Position numbers and translations under genes: made by a program. From Chloroflexota bacterium (GTDB lineage: Bacteria; Chloroflexota; UBA6077; CF-72): a stretch of DNA of 64,000 nucleotides. Below are positions 40,209-49,217 of this stretch, in pieces. Numbering within the stretch: the first letter of the stretch is position 1; each line of letters opens with the position of its first letter. The notes beneath the pieces are model-generated. The model saw only the letters and a program-made list of their open reading frames with translations, did no database searches and was not told the origin of the DNA. The stretch is from positions 26,690 to 90,689 of the forward strand of contig JAFAZN010000199.1 of assembly GCA_019239775.1 (NCBI GenBank). The letters run 5' to 3'.

Positions 40209-41576
40209 GTGTTCAGCTTGTTCGGAATCCGGTCGGCGGGCATCCTCGCCGTAACCTTCGCTGGGCTTCTGCTCGTTCCGCGTCCATTCTCCGCGCCTGT
40301 GGTCGCGCAGTCGTTGAACGATCCGCTTGGGACCGGGCCACTACACACTGATGCTGGCAACATCGTCGATGCAGACGGCCGCGTGGTCCATATCAGCGGC
40401 GTCAACTGGTTTGGACTCGAGACCGGCACGTTTGCCCCGCAGGGTCTCTGGGCGCGCAGCCTCGACAGCATGCTGGATCAGATCGCCCAGGCAGGTTTCA
40501 ACACGATCCGTTTGCCGTATAGCGACGACATCTTCAACCCCGCCAACGTACCCAACGGCATTGATTTCCAGAAGAACCCGGATCTGCAGGGTCTCACAGG
40601 CTTGGAGATCATGGACCAGGTGATCGAGCGCGCTGGAACACGCGGCCTCAGAGTGATACTCGACAGGCACCGCCCGACGGCTGCCGGTCAGACCGAGCTC
40701 TGGTACACGGACCACGTCTCCGAGCAGACCTGGATCGATCATTGGGTGGCACTGGCCAACCGCTACAAAGGCAACCCCACCATCATCGGTGCCGACCTCG
40801 ATAACGAGCCGCACGGCGCAGCCACCTGGGGCGACGGCAATCCTTCGACCGATTGGCGCGCGGCAGCGGAGCGCGCGGGTGATGCCGTGCTCCAGGCAAA
40901 CCCGGATTGGCTCATTTTCGTGGAAGGTATCGAGCACCAGGGCAATGACTGGTACTGGTGGGGCGGCAACCTCGCGCCCGCGGCGCAGGCGCCAGTCGAG
41001 CTTGCGCTACCGAACAAGCTGGTCTATGAAGCGCACGACTACGGCGCTGGCGTCGTGAATCAACCCTGGTTCCATACGCCGGACTTCCCGCAGAATCTGC
41101 CAGGTATGTGGCAGTCGCATTGGGCCTATCTGAAGCTCAATGGAATCGCACCAGTCCTGATAGGCGAATTTGGAGGGCGGTCAGTTGGAAACGACGCTGA
41201 AGGTACCTGGCAACGGATGCTCATCTCGTATTTGCAGACCAACAGCTTTGATTACACGTACTGGTGTTGGAACCCGAACTCCGGCGACACGGGCGGAGTG
41301 CTTCAGGATGATTGGACAACGCTGAATCAAGCCAAGCTCAGCCTACTCCAGGCGTACCAGTGGCCACTGCTGGGCTCACCTGTGCCGCCGGCCGATGCGC
41401 AAGCCGTCGTCGCTGCCTATACAGGCCCGCTCGATGTTGCACCAGCCACCTCCAGCTCTCCAGTGGCCGATCCGGACCCGGTCCATGCTGCGCAACCGAC
41501 CGGCGGGGCCAATGACCCGGACCCTGTACATCAACAGGCGGCAGGTCAATCGCCAACTCCGTCACCAGGTCCGTAG
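40209..41576 (+). CDS. GH5 endoglucanase (E1-like), secreted
   Basis: Signal peptide present. GVNWFGLETGTFAPQGLWARSLDSMLDQIAQAGFNTIRLPYSDD, ILDRHRP, LDNEPHG, IGEFGG, WCWNPNSGDTGG. Pro-rich C-terminal tail. Confidence 0.9.
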   Translation: MFSLFGIRSAGILAVTFAGLLLVPRPFSAPVVAQSLNDPLGTGPLHTDAGNIVDADGRVVHISGVNWFGLETGTFAPQGLWARSLDSMLDQIAQAGFNTIRLPYSDDIFNPANVPNGIDFQKNPDLQGLTGLEIMDQVIERAGTRGLRVILDRHRPTAAGQTELWYTDHVSEQTWIDHWVALANRYKGNPTIIGADLDNEPHGAATWGDGNPSTDWRAAAERAGDAVLQANPDWLIFVEGIEHQGNDWYWWGGNLAPAAQAPVELALPNKLVYEAHDYGAGVVNQPWFHTPDFPQNLPGMWQSHWAYLKLNGIAPVLIGEFGGRSVGNDAEGTWQRMLISYLQTNSFDYTYWCWNPNSGDTGGVLQDDWTTLNQAKLSLLQAYQWPLLGSPVPPADAQAVVAAYTGPLDVAPATSSSPVADPDPVHAAQPTGGANDPDPVHQQAAGQSPTPSPGP

Positions 41577-43186
41577 GTCACTGGGGTCGCCACTGGGGTC
41601 TCGGTGAGGACAACCGTTGGCACTGGCGTGTCGAGTTGTGTGGTTACTTTGAAGTCTGTAGCGGCTTCCACTTTTGAGTCGCTGCCAACGAGAACGAAGT
41701 GAATATCGTCACCCCAGTTGCCATCAATTGGATACGCCCCGAAGTTCAGAATGGTGCCGTCGTCGTCGGCACTGCCTGTGGCGAGGACCGGGCCACCCCG
41801 GTCGCGCAAATGCACGCTCACCGGCTCACCGGCCGCGAAGCTGCGGCCGGTGAATTCGACCACCGTACCGGGCGGGCCATGATATGCCGTCAGCTCCGCG
41901 GTCGCCTTCAACTCCAATGCCTGGAACCAGAGGGTCACCTCCGCCTGGCTGGTTGCGCCCCGGACGGTGATCGGAACTCCGCCGGCCACCGTATCGACGG
42001 GCAGTCGGAATCCACCCGCGGCGGTGAACGCACCTGACGTATCCGCTTGAAATGTCGTGACAAGCTTGGTCACAAGCTGCTTCTCCGACTCACCGACGTA
42101 CACGCTCAACGTCTCGTTCCTTGCCCAACCGTCGCCGGTAAAGGCGATTGGCGTGCCAGGGCGGCCGGCGTAATTGGTCAGTTGTAAACCAGGGTTGAAC
42201 GGGAGCACCACGAACTTTGCGCTGATCTCTGCTCCACTCTGGTGCGGCACGAAGATCAAAGTCTGATCGCCGTGAGCGGAGTCCGGCAGCGTGAATGCGT
42301 TCTTGACGACAAATTGGCCGTTCGCGTCAGCCTGAGCTCGGAATAATGGGTCACCCCTTTTTGCGTTCAAATAGACTTCGATCTGGTCTCCAGGGACGAA
42401 GTCCTGGCCGGTGAATCCCATCGCCGAATAGGGTGGGACAGCATATCCATCCAGCACGACCCATGGTGAGAACCCCTGGATATTGAACGGGATCGCGACG
42501 GGCAACTGCGAGCGTTCGCCCACAAAGTACAGGACGTAGTCTCCAGGCTGCACGAGCGGTAGTGGCACGCTATCGGCAGTGACGTTGCCCTGATCGTCAC
42601 TTTGAAAGCTGGCGAGTGCGTCGCCGCCCAGACCGCCAAGACGCACGTCAACCAGTTCGTTGGGGGCGAACCCGGAGCCCGAAAACGCGAACGTATGATC
42701 CGACTTGGCTGAGTACGAATCCATGCTGATGGCAGGCGTGATCTGCCGCAAGTCGAATCTCGTGCGCGCCGACCGCCCACTCGCGTCGCCTACGACGTGC
42801 AGCAGATACTCTCCGGGAGTGAGGCCGCCGGGGACGGTTACTGAGACCTCGTCGAGGTTGCCATCCTTGGTCATTGTCACCGGATCGAGTGTGGCCTCGA
42901 CGTCACCTTGTGCGTTCTCAATCGTAACGGTCGCCGGCTCACCAGCCGAAAAGCCCTGTGCCTGGAAATTCATCCTGGCACCCGTCGTGATCTGCGTGGA
43001 CCTCAGCAGGACAAACGCCGGGCCCATCTGACGGATGGTTGTTGGCGAGGCCGCCGCCTGCGCACTCGGCGACGGACTCGGCAGCACTTGTTGTCGCCCG
43101 ACCGCGGCACTGCCAGTGTTCGTGCCACAGGCTGCGCACACCACCAGCAGCGAGAGCGCAGCAAGGCGTGCGATTGTCCGCACCAT
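41546..43186 (-). CDS. Lipoprotein with five Ig-like modules (same family as 31230..33796)
   Basis: Signal LLVVCAAC. Modules with FQAQGFSAGEPATVTI, FAFSGSGFAPNELVDVRL, MGFTGQDFVPGDQIEVYL, IAFTGDGWARNETLSVYV, VEFTGRSFAAGEPVSVHL. Confidence 0.6.
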   Translation of the reverse strand: MVRTIARLAALSLLVVCAACGTNTGSAAVGRQQVLPSPSPSAQAAASPTTIRQMGPAFVLLRSTQITTGARMNFQAQGFSAGEPATVTIENAQGDVEATLDPVTMTKDGNLDEVSVTVPGGLTPGEYLLHVVGDASGRSARTRFDLRQITPAISMDSYSAKSDHTFAFSGSGFAPNELVDVRLGGLGGDALASFQSDDQGNVTADSVPLPLVQPGDYVLYFVGERSQLPVAIPFNIQGFSPWVVLDGYAVPPYSAMGFTGQDFVPGDQIEVYLNAKRGDPLFRAQADANGQFVVKNAFTLPDSAHGDQTLIFVPHQSGAEISAKFVVLPFNPGLQLTNYAGRPGTPIAFTGDGWARNETLSVYVGESEKQLVTKLVTTFQADTSGAFTAAGGFRLPVDTVAGGVPITVRGATSQAEVTLWFQALELKATAELTAYHGPPGTVVEFTGRSFAAGEPVSVHLRDRGGPVLATGSADDDGTILNFGAYPIDGNWGDDIHFVLVGSDSKVEAATDFKVTTQLDTPVPTVVLTETPVATPVTYGPGDGVGD

Positions 43187-43195
43187 CCGCGACGA

Positions 43196-43588
43196 CTACT
43201 GCACCGACTCCACGCAGCCGCTGGCCTCGGTCTGCAACACGTACGTCTTCTGTCCGGTGGACCCGTCAGGAGCTTGCTCCGTGGCAACGTACACCCGAAT
43301 CTCGCCACCACTGGTGCGCGGCCAATCACCAACGTGATTGATGGTCAATGTCACCCCGCTTTCGGCATGGCTTGTGCGCAGTTGCTGTGTCTGCTGCTCG
43401 AGCACATCAACCGGTAGCTGCGCCTGTACCGTCGGGCAGAGCTGACTCCAGCCGAGCGCGCCGTCTTCCGCGGCGACCGACTGCATGAAGACGTCAGCAG
43501 GCGTCGGCTCGCTCGACGCCATGCGCCAGTAGGCTGCGCCAGCGACCACCAGAGTCAGCGCCACGTTCACGAGCACAATCGGGTGCAT
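43196..43588 (-). CDS. Small N-terminally anchored protein of unknown function
   Basis: 130 aa, TM IVLVNVALTLVVAGAAYW, two Cys. GGAGGAGG lies upstream of the ATG. Confidence 0.45.
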   Translation of the reverse strand: MHPIVLVNVALTLVVAGAAYWRMASSEPTPADVFMQSVAAEDGALGWSQLCPTVQAQLPVDVLEQQTQQLRTSHAESGVTLTINHVGDWPRTSGGEIRVYVATEQAPDGSTGQKTYVLQTEASGCVESVQ

Positions 43589-43676
43589 ACGAGGGAGGTC
43601 CTCCTCCGGTCAGACTAATTTCGCACGCTGGTCTCGCACCTCGACAGGGCAGTCAAAGGCCCGAACGAAAGCCGAA

Positions 43677-44966
43677 CTAGCCGGTGGGCGTCGTCGTTGG
43701 CTGAGGGTGAAGTCCGAACGGGAACACCACCGTGAACGTTGCCGCGCACACCAGGTGGCTCTGGTCGCCGGTGGCTACGAAGATGACGTTGTCGCTCACA
43801 TCCAGCGGGATGTAGACCACAGCGGTGTCTTTCAGCCATCCACCATCGTCGGTGACTGCTTCGACGACCACTGGGCTCGTCGCGCCGCCCATGCGAATGC
43901 TGACTTTCTCACCGGCGATCCAACCCCCACCACCGAAGCCGACGGGTGCGCCAGGAGCACCGAACCAGTTTGTGAGCTCGAGCCAGGGTTTGGGCGCCAG
44001 CACTTTGAAGTCCGCGGTTGCAATCGCTCCACTATCGTCGCCAACGAGGTTGATCGTCACCGATCCGACGGCAGCACTCTGCGGAATCCGTACCGGACCA
44101 GCACCCCACAAGTTGCCATAGTCATCTGCTTGAGCGACAACCGGCGCGTTGTCTGGCACCCCGTTGATGCTGATTTTGACCTGCTCACTAGGCGCGAAGC
44201 CACGTACGTTTAGCTGCACCGGGAGTCCGGGCGGGCCAGCCCATGGGCTTAGCTCGACGACAGGCTTCAACGGAGTGATGTGCATCTCACGCGTCAGCTC
44301 CGCCGAACTCGCCTGACCGTGTAGCACCAGGCTGTACGTCCCCGCGCTCGCTCGTGGGAGCTTCACCTGGAGCCACGCCCCGTTGCCGGCTTGATCCGTT
44401 GTGAAGCGTGCGAGATCGATAGAAGGACCGGACGTCGGGGCAAGCGAGACCTGCACCGAGTCCATCGGCTCAAAGCCACCGGCCACCAGCCCAAGATCAC
44501 CGTACTGAGGCACGTCGTAGTTGTCCATGACCAGCCACGGTTGCGGTGCACGGATCCACAACGTGCCGGTGCTCGTGCGTTGGCTGGTCTGCCCAACCGC
44601 CTGAAGCGTGTGGGGCCCGGATTGGAGCTGGTCGGGTAGCGTGAGCGTTGCAGGCGCGAACGCTCCGTCAGAGGCGGTTGTCACGTCGCCGAGCGACAGC
44701 GTGCCCGTGTCTGCCACTTCAATCGACACTATCTCGCCCGGCGCGAAACCCGCTCCGGCGACATGCACCTGCCCAGACTGCGGTGCCGGTTGCGGATTGA
44801 TCACCAATTGTGGCGCAGGTCCACGCGTTGGCACGGCCGTCGGCACCGACTCCGCCTCCGGCGCGGGTGTACCCTCCAGGTGATCGATTGGCGGCGCTGC
44901 GCACCCTGTGACAACCACCACGCAAGTGGTCAGCAACGCAACGGCGTAAGAACGTGTCGCGCCCAT
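43677..44966 (-). CDS. Lipoprotein with four Ig-like modules
   Basis: Lipobox VVVTGC. Modules with VHVAGAGFAPGEIVSIEV, LGLVAGGFEPMDSVQVSL, VQLNVRGFAPSEQVKISI, VGFGGGGWIAGEKVSIRM. The start directly abuts the upstream stop. Confidence 0.6.
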   Translation of the reverse strand: MGATRSYAVALLTTCVVVVTGCAAPPIDHLEGTPAPEAESVPTAVPTRGPAPQLVINPQPAPQSGQVHVAGAGFAPGEIVSIEVADTGTLSLGDVTTASDGAFAPATLTLPDQLQSGPHTLQAVGQTSQRTSTGTLWIRAPQPWLVMDNYDVPQYGDLGLVAGGFEPMDSVQVSLAPTSGPSIDLARFTTDQAGNGAWLQVKLPRASAGTYSLVLHGQASSAELTREMHITPLKPVVELSPWAGPPGLPVQLNVRGFAPSEQVKISINGVPDNAPVVAQADDYGNLWGAGPVRIPQSAAVGSVTINLVGDDSGAIATADFKVLAPKPWLELTNWFGAPGAPVGFGGGGWIAGEKVSIRMGGATSPVVVEAVTDDGGWLKDTAVVYIPLDVSDNVIFVATGDQSHLVCAATFTVVFPFGLHPQPTTTPTG

Positions 44967-45812
44967 CTACGGTTGGGAGCCGGCGACATTGACCAACGGA
45001 TCGGGCAGGGGCGCCGGCCAGCGGCTGCGCGCACCGAGCAGCTTTTGCAATTCGTTGCACGCCTCTGGACTCCCGAGCTGTTGCCGCTCATCGATCGAAC
45101 ACGCGGTAGCAAGTCTGGCCAGTCCGTCAGCGTGTTGAGTCGTATCCGTCCGCTCGGCCCACGCCAGGCCGAGGTTGTACTGAGCAGCGTAGTCCGCGCG
45201 CACGACGTCACGGTCCTGCGTGGATGAGTCCCCGTCGATGAATGCGTCGGCATAGGCCGCGGCTGCCAGCAAGAAGAGTCGCTTGTCGTACGCGGACTGG
45301 GCAATAGGCAATGGCGCGGGTGGCTGCGCACCATACGTTGTGGCGAGTGATTTGAGGTCAGCGTAGGCGGCGACAACGCGTTTTTGCCCGGGGGCATCCT
45401 CAGGGGCTGCCGGCTGCTCGAACAACGCTTGTTGCCCAAGCGCAATTGCCTTTTGTCCCAGTGCCGCCCGATCAGTCTCGCACAGCCCCGGCGTATGCAT
45501 CGCCGTCTGGGCCGTGGTCGCGGCCAGGCTCCAGCGCGCCTGACGTTCATACCCGGCGATCACCTCCAGGTACGATGCCACGGACGGACATGCCTGCTGC
45601 GCCGGTGCCGCTGTCGTCGCTGGCGCGGCCGTGATCCGCGTCAAGACCCCGCCACCAACAATCAATGCGGCCACTCCAAGCGCTGCAACCAGAAGGAGAC
45701 TCCGCGGAAACGGTGCCCGTTGGTCACGTGTCGGAGGTGGCAGAGGAGCATTCGCTGGCGCCTCCGCCGATGGAGGTGCATCGACCGGCTGCAAAATGGT
45801 GCGTCGCGTCAC
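44967..45812 (-). CDS. Single-pass membrane protein with Ala-rich, four-Cys extracytoplasmic domain
   Basis: 281 aa. Pro-rich N-terminus, TM LLLVAALGVAALIVGGGVL. 4-nt overlap with the upstream gene. Confidence 0.5.
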   Translation of the reverse strand: MTRRTILQPVDAPPSAEAPANAPLPPPTRDQRAPFPRSLLLVAALGVAALIVGGGVLTRITAAPATTAAPAQQACPSVASYLEVIAGYERQARWSLAATTAQTAMHTPGLCETDRAALGQKAIALGQQALFEQPAAPEDAPGQKRVVAAYADLKSLATTYGAQPPAPLPIAQSAYDKRLFLLAAAAYADAFIDGDSSTQDRDVVRADYAAQYNLGLAWAERTDTTQHADGLARLATACSIDERQQLGSPEACNELQKLLGARSRWPAPLPDPLVNVAGSQP

Positions 45813-47398
45813 GGCGCGGACTCCGACACACGCGGTACTCCATCAACGCGGTCGGCGCCAACGCTGTACACCGTGTGCGGTGCATTGACGATAGCACGGT
45901 ACACCGCGTCCCAACCACCTTCCACCGTGCCCAGGCGAATCGCCAGGGCGCGTTCCTGTCGGTTGTTCGGGTCGGCCCGATAGCCACTGAAAAAGATGCC
46001 GACACGTCTCCGGTCAGCCATTCCAGCGAACTCCAGCCGCTCCAGGACGTACTGTTCGACCTGGCGGACGTCTTCCCAGTCGTTGCACGGCATTGTCACC
46101 AGTACCAGGTGGCGCCCGATCTCTGCTTCGAGAGCAGTCTTGACGCCCTCTCCGAATCGCAGCGCACGCAGGGTTGCGTCGGCGATCGGCGACAACGAGC
46201 TCACGTCGATCCGGCCGAACGCTCCGCCCGCGGTGATTGGCACCGCGCTGTACGCGTATTCGAACGTCAACGGGCACGGCTCGGATTCGGAATGGGGACC
46301 GTGTTTGGTCAAGCGTCGCATCAGGTTGGACAGGTTTTCAGATGTACCGGTTTCATACCGAACGCGCGCGCTGAGCGCTGGAGCAATGTGCGCAGCGACC
46401 TCATCCAGATCATCCCGCCCGCGTCGGTTGTCACGTATCAGCGTTGTCAACGCCAACGGAAGTTTGTCCTGCCATGGCATCGGCAGCAGACGTTGGCCGA
46501 CCAGCAGGCCGCCAGACCGTAGCGCGTCGAGCAAACGCACAGCTTCCGTGCGCTCCACATCACCTTCCGGCACGATGAAGTGCGCATGGCGGTCCGCACG
46601 CGGAAACTCGTCGGCCATGCGAGCGAGTGCAAACAGGCCAGGCACGCCATGTCCACCCGCACTGAGGTCGGCGGTGATTCGCGCTGGCCAGACGCCGGCT
46701 GAGCGCAGGCACAGTGCCGCTTCGTCAATGAAGTGGCTTACGCCTGGCATCCATTCTTCGCGAATGTCCCACACTTCTGCTGGAGGACGGTTGCCCAATC
46801 CCTCGCTAAGCGACGTATGCGCATCCAGCGTGTCGCTCAATACCAGATACGACGGACCATTCACTCGATTCGCGATGGCGACGCGCTCCTGGTGCTTGTC
46901 GAAATCGGCGAATGCCTCGAAGGCGGTTTCAGATGGCAGACGTATCTGGTACGCATCCTCCATGCGGCCTTCGCGCACCACGCATTTGATGCCAGCACTG
47001 CCAATTGCCAGCTTGCATTCAGCTCCTCGGCGCGGCCGCAGTGTGCTGATCGGCGTTACGGGAGTTGGCTCCGGTAGCGTTTCGGGTTCCGGCTGAGTGG
47101 GTTTCGCTCGTCCACGCCAAAGCCACCACGCTGCGCCGGCCAGGGCTGCAACCAACAGTGGCGCCAGCCACATGGAAGGATCGGACAACATTCTGGCACC
47201 TCCGGGAGCGCTCGGCAGCGGCAGGCTGCGTAGGATTCGGAACGCCCTTGCCAGCGTCGCCAGAATATCTGATCCAAGCGTCGGCGAGAGCTGACAGTCC
47301 AGTCCGCTGTAGCGCTGGCCGACCGCGAAGCCAATGGCGGGACCAACGAGCCCCGCCCATAACGTCACCAGCAGGCCTAACCAGAAGCGCCCAGACAT
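45809..47398 (-). CDS. Membrane-tethered protein of unknown function; cytoplasmic domain has a possible divergent FtsZ/tubulin-like layout
   Basis: 529 aa, two N-terminal TM helices, Pro-rich linker, then a roughly 400-aa domain. The antisense 366-aa ORF (45996..47096) is S/R-rich junk. The fold suggestion rests on motif order only (see finding). Confidence 0.55.
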   Translation of the reverse strand: MSGRFWLGLLVTLWAGLVGPAIGFAVGQRYSGLDCQLSPTLGSDILATLARAFRILRSLPLPSAPGGARMLSDPSMWLAPLLVAALAGAAWWLWRGRAKPTQPEPETLPEPTPVTPISTLRPRRGAECKLAIGSAGIKCVVREGRMEDAYQIRLPSETAFEAFADFDKHQERVAIANRVNGPSYLVLSDTLDAHTSLSEGLGNRPPAEVWDIREEWMPGVSHFIDEAALCLRSAGVWPARITADLSAGGHGVPGLFALARMADEFPRADRHAHFIVPEGDVERTEAVRLLDALRSGGLLVGQRLLPMPWQDKLPLALTTLIRDNRRGRDDLDEVAAHIAPALSARVRYETGTSENLSNLMRRLTKHGPHSESEPCPLTFEYAYSAVPITAGGAFGRIDVSSLSPIADATLRALRFGEGVKTALEAEIGRHLVLVTMPCNDWEDVRQVEQYVLERLEFAGMADRRRVGIFFSGYRADPNNRQERALAIRLGTVEGGWDAVYRAIVNAPHTVYSVGADRVDGVPRVSESAP

Positions 47399-47481
47399 GA
47401 GCTGTTCGCGACGCAGCCTATGGGCGAGTACCCGAACACCACCGGTACAGGCCGGCGCGCCTCCTGAACAGGAGTTGCGTT

Positions 47482-49191
47482 TTAACTTGCGGTTGCCGCC
47501 AGTACGCTGGTGACAAATACCAGCGGTGCGTTGTACTCCACCGAATTTTCATTCGACGCGTAGGCCTGCAACTGGTCCACATAACTGCGTTGGCCCTGCG
47601 CGGTCGGGGTTATGCCATCCTGGCCATCCCCGTTTGGCCCACCAACCAGCACCCCGGGCACGAGACGGCCGATCACAAACATGGTCCGGTTGTGCGGATT
47701 CTGAACGGTGTTCGTCCCGTACCTAGTCACGAATGACTTGGCCAGAGCGTTGCGCCCCAGCACAAAGTGCAGTTGCTCATTGGCCGCCGCAACATAGCGA
47801 ACGTTCGGTGCCGCGCGATTGGCAATCAACAGCAGAACCGCGTTGTCCAGCCCGGTCTTGTTCGAAGCCCAGTGAAACTCGGAAACAGAGTCAGACCATG
47901 GATTGATCGGGCTGGTAACGGAGGTCACCGTGCCATCAGCCCACTGCACAAGATTGCCAGTGATCCGAGCGCGCAATGCTGGATCGGCCGCGTCGTTGAA
48001 CGCGAGACTTAGCAACCCATAGGTGTCCGTGTTCGTCCAACCCAGCAAACCAATTGAAGGCGACCGCCGTGCAACATAATCGCTGACGTACTGGCCGTAG
48101 CTCGGATCGCCGGTCGTCTTGTACAACTCGGCCGCCGCCCAGAATCGCTGCGAGCTGTCGCCACCGTACACGTATCCGCCCGTACCCTCCAGCTCTGGTG
48201 GCAGAATTGCCTTCGGTTGCTGGCTCAAGTAGCTCCAGGACTTTTGCGCTGCTGCGAGCAACTGCGCGGAGTACGTGGCGTCGCTTGCGCTGTACACACG
48301 CGCTGCCTCAGCAGTAATCGCCGCGAAGACCGCCGCGTCGGCGGTATTCGGGTCGAACGCATACAACTGCCCACCGATGTTGTCGGAGTTCTTGTCGAAT
48401 CCGCCAAACTGGAGCGGCGTGACCTTGTGGTAGACCGAGCCGTCGGAACGCTGCATGGTCAAAACCCAGTCGAGCTCGCGCTTCAGTACCGACAGCGCAT
48501 CGGCCTGTGCTTGTTGTGGGAAGAGATCGTCAACCAGCAACAACGTGCCCAACGCGCTGGCAGCACTTGGCATGTACCGACCATAGTCGCCAGCATCCGG
48601 CCAACCGCCGGTCACATTGACCGTCTGGTTGGATGTCCGGTCCTTGACGCTGGCAGTCTGCCAGCCTTTCGGCGCGAGCACCGCCAACTGCTCGTACGAA
48701 TCCAGCGCGTCGCGGCCTAGCTGCGCGTAGACATCAGTGCCAATGCGAAATTCGGGCGACCTGCCCACGCCTGGCACCACCACCGTATAGGACCCGGACT
48801 CCGTGAAGCTGGAAAAGTCCGCGCTGCGCAAGGGTTGACCCGTATCCGAGTCCTTTGTGAGCGCTCCAACGCGTCCAGCAAACACGGCACGGTCGGTTCG
48901 CGTGTCGACCAGTTGGAAGGTGTCGGCCGAGGCCGCGTCAGAGCCAGTCACCACGGCCGTCTTGGGCAGAGTTGGCAGATAGCCGACCTGGTCAACCAGC
49001 ACCGTCTGGGCGGTGATTGGGCCGAGGCTCAGTGGTGCGGCATCCGGTGTTGGAGCCGCGGTTGGGCTCGGCGGAACGGTAGTGGCCGCTACCTGCGTTT
49101 CCGGTGCTGGTGCCGCCTGGCACGCGACGAGCGCGATAACGGCCACGGTTGCCGCCGCGGGCAACACAACAGAAGCTACATTCATACGCAA
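47482..49191 (-). CDS. GH9 endoglucanase with N-terminal Ig-like (CelD_N) domain, lipoprotein
   Basis: Lipobox IALVAC. GGWPDAGDYGRY (DAGD), DPNTADAAVFAAI, HWASNKTGLDNAV, NPHNRTMF, VLVGGPNG, YASNENSVEYNAPLV. Confidence 0.9.
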   Translation of the reverse strand: MRMNVASVVLPAAATVAVIALVACQAAPAPETQVAATTVPPSPTAAPTPDAAPLSLGPITAQTVLVDQVGYLPTLPKTAVVTGSDAASADTFQLVDTRTDRAVFAGRVGALTKDSDTGQPLRSADFSSFTESGSYTVVVPGVGRSPEFRIGTDVYAQLGRDALDSYEQLAVLAPKGWQTASVKDRTSNQTVNVTGGWPDAGDYGRYMPSAASALGTLLLVDDLFPQQAQADALSVLKRELDWVLTMQRSDGSVYHKVTPLQFGGFDKNSDNIGGQLYAFDPNTADAAVFAAITAEAARVYSASDATYSAQLLAAAQKSWSYLSQQPKAILPPELEGTGGYVYGGDSSQRFWAAAELYKTTGDPSYGQYVSDYVARRSPSIGLLGWTNTDTYGLLSLAFNDAADPALRARITGNLVQWADGTVTSVTSPINPWSDSVSEFHWASNKTGLDNAVLLLIANRAAPNVRYVAAANEQLHFVLGRNALAKSFVTRYGTNTVQNPHNRTMFVIGRLVPGVLVGGPNGDGQDGITPTAQGQRSYVDQLQAYASNENSVEYNAPLVFVTSVLAATAS

Positions 49192-49217
49192 TCGAGGATC
49201 TTCCTTTCAGGTACTGC

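Noticed and set aside
45996-47096. 366-aa plus-strand ORF opposite the 529-aa membrane protein gene
   Set aside because: The Ser/Arg-rich low-complexity translation is typical of antisense frames. The minus-strand gene has TM helices, balanced composition and a 4-nt coupling to the next gene.
47440-47470. Possible terminator after the GH9 gene (CTCCTG-AA-CAGGAG)
   Set aside because: The loop is too small. The realistic stem is 5 bp with no U-tract, which is not convincing. Read-through into the downstream operon seems as likely.
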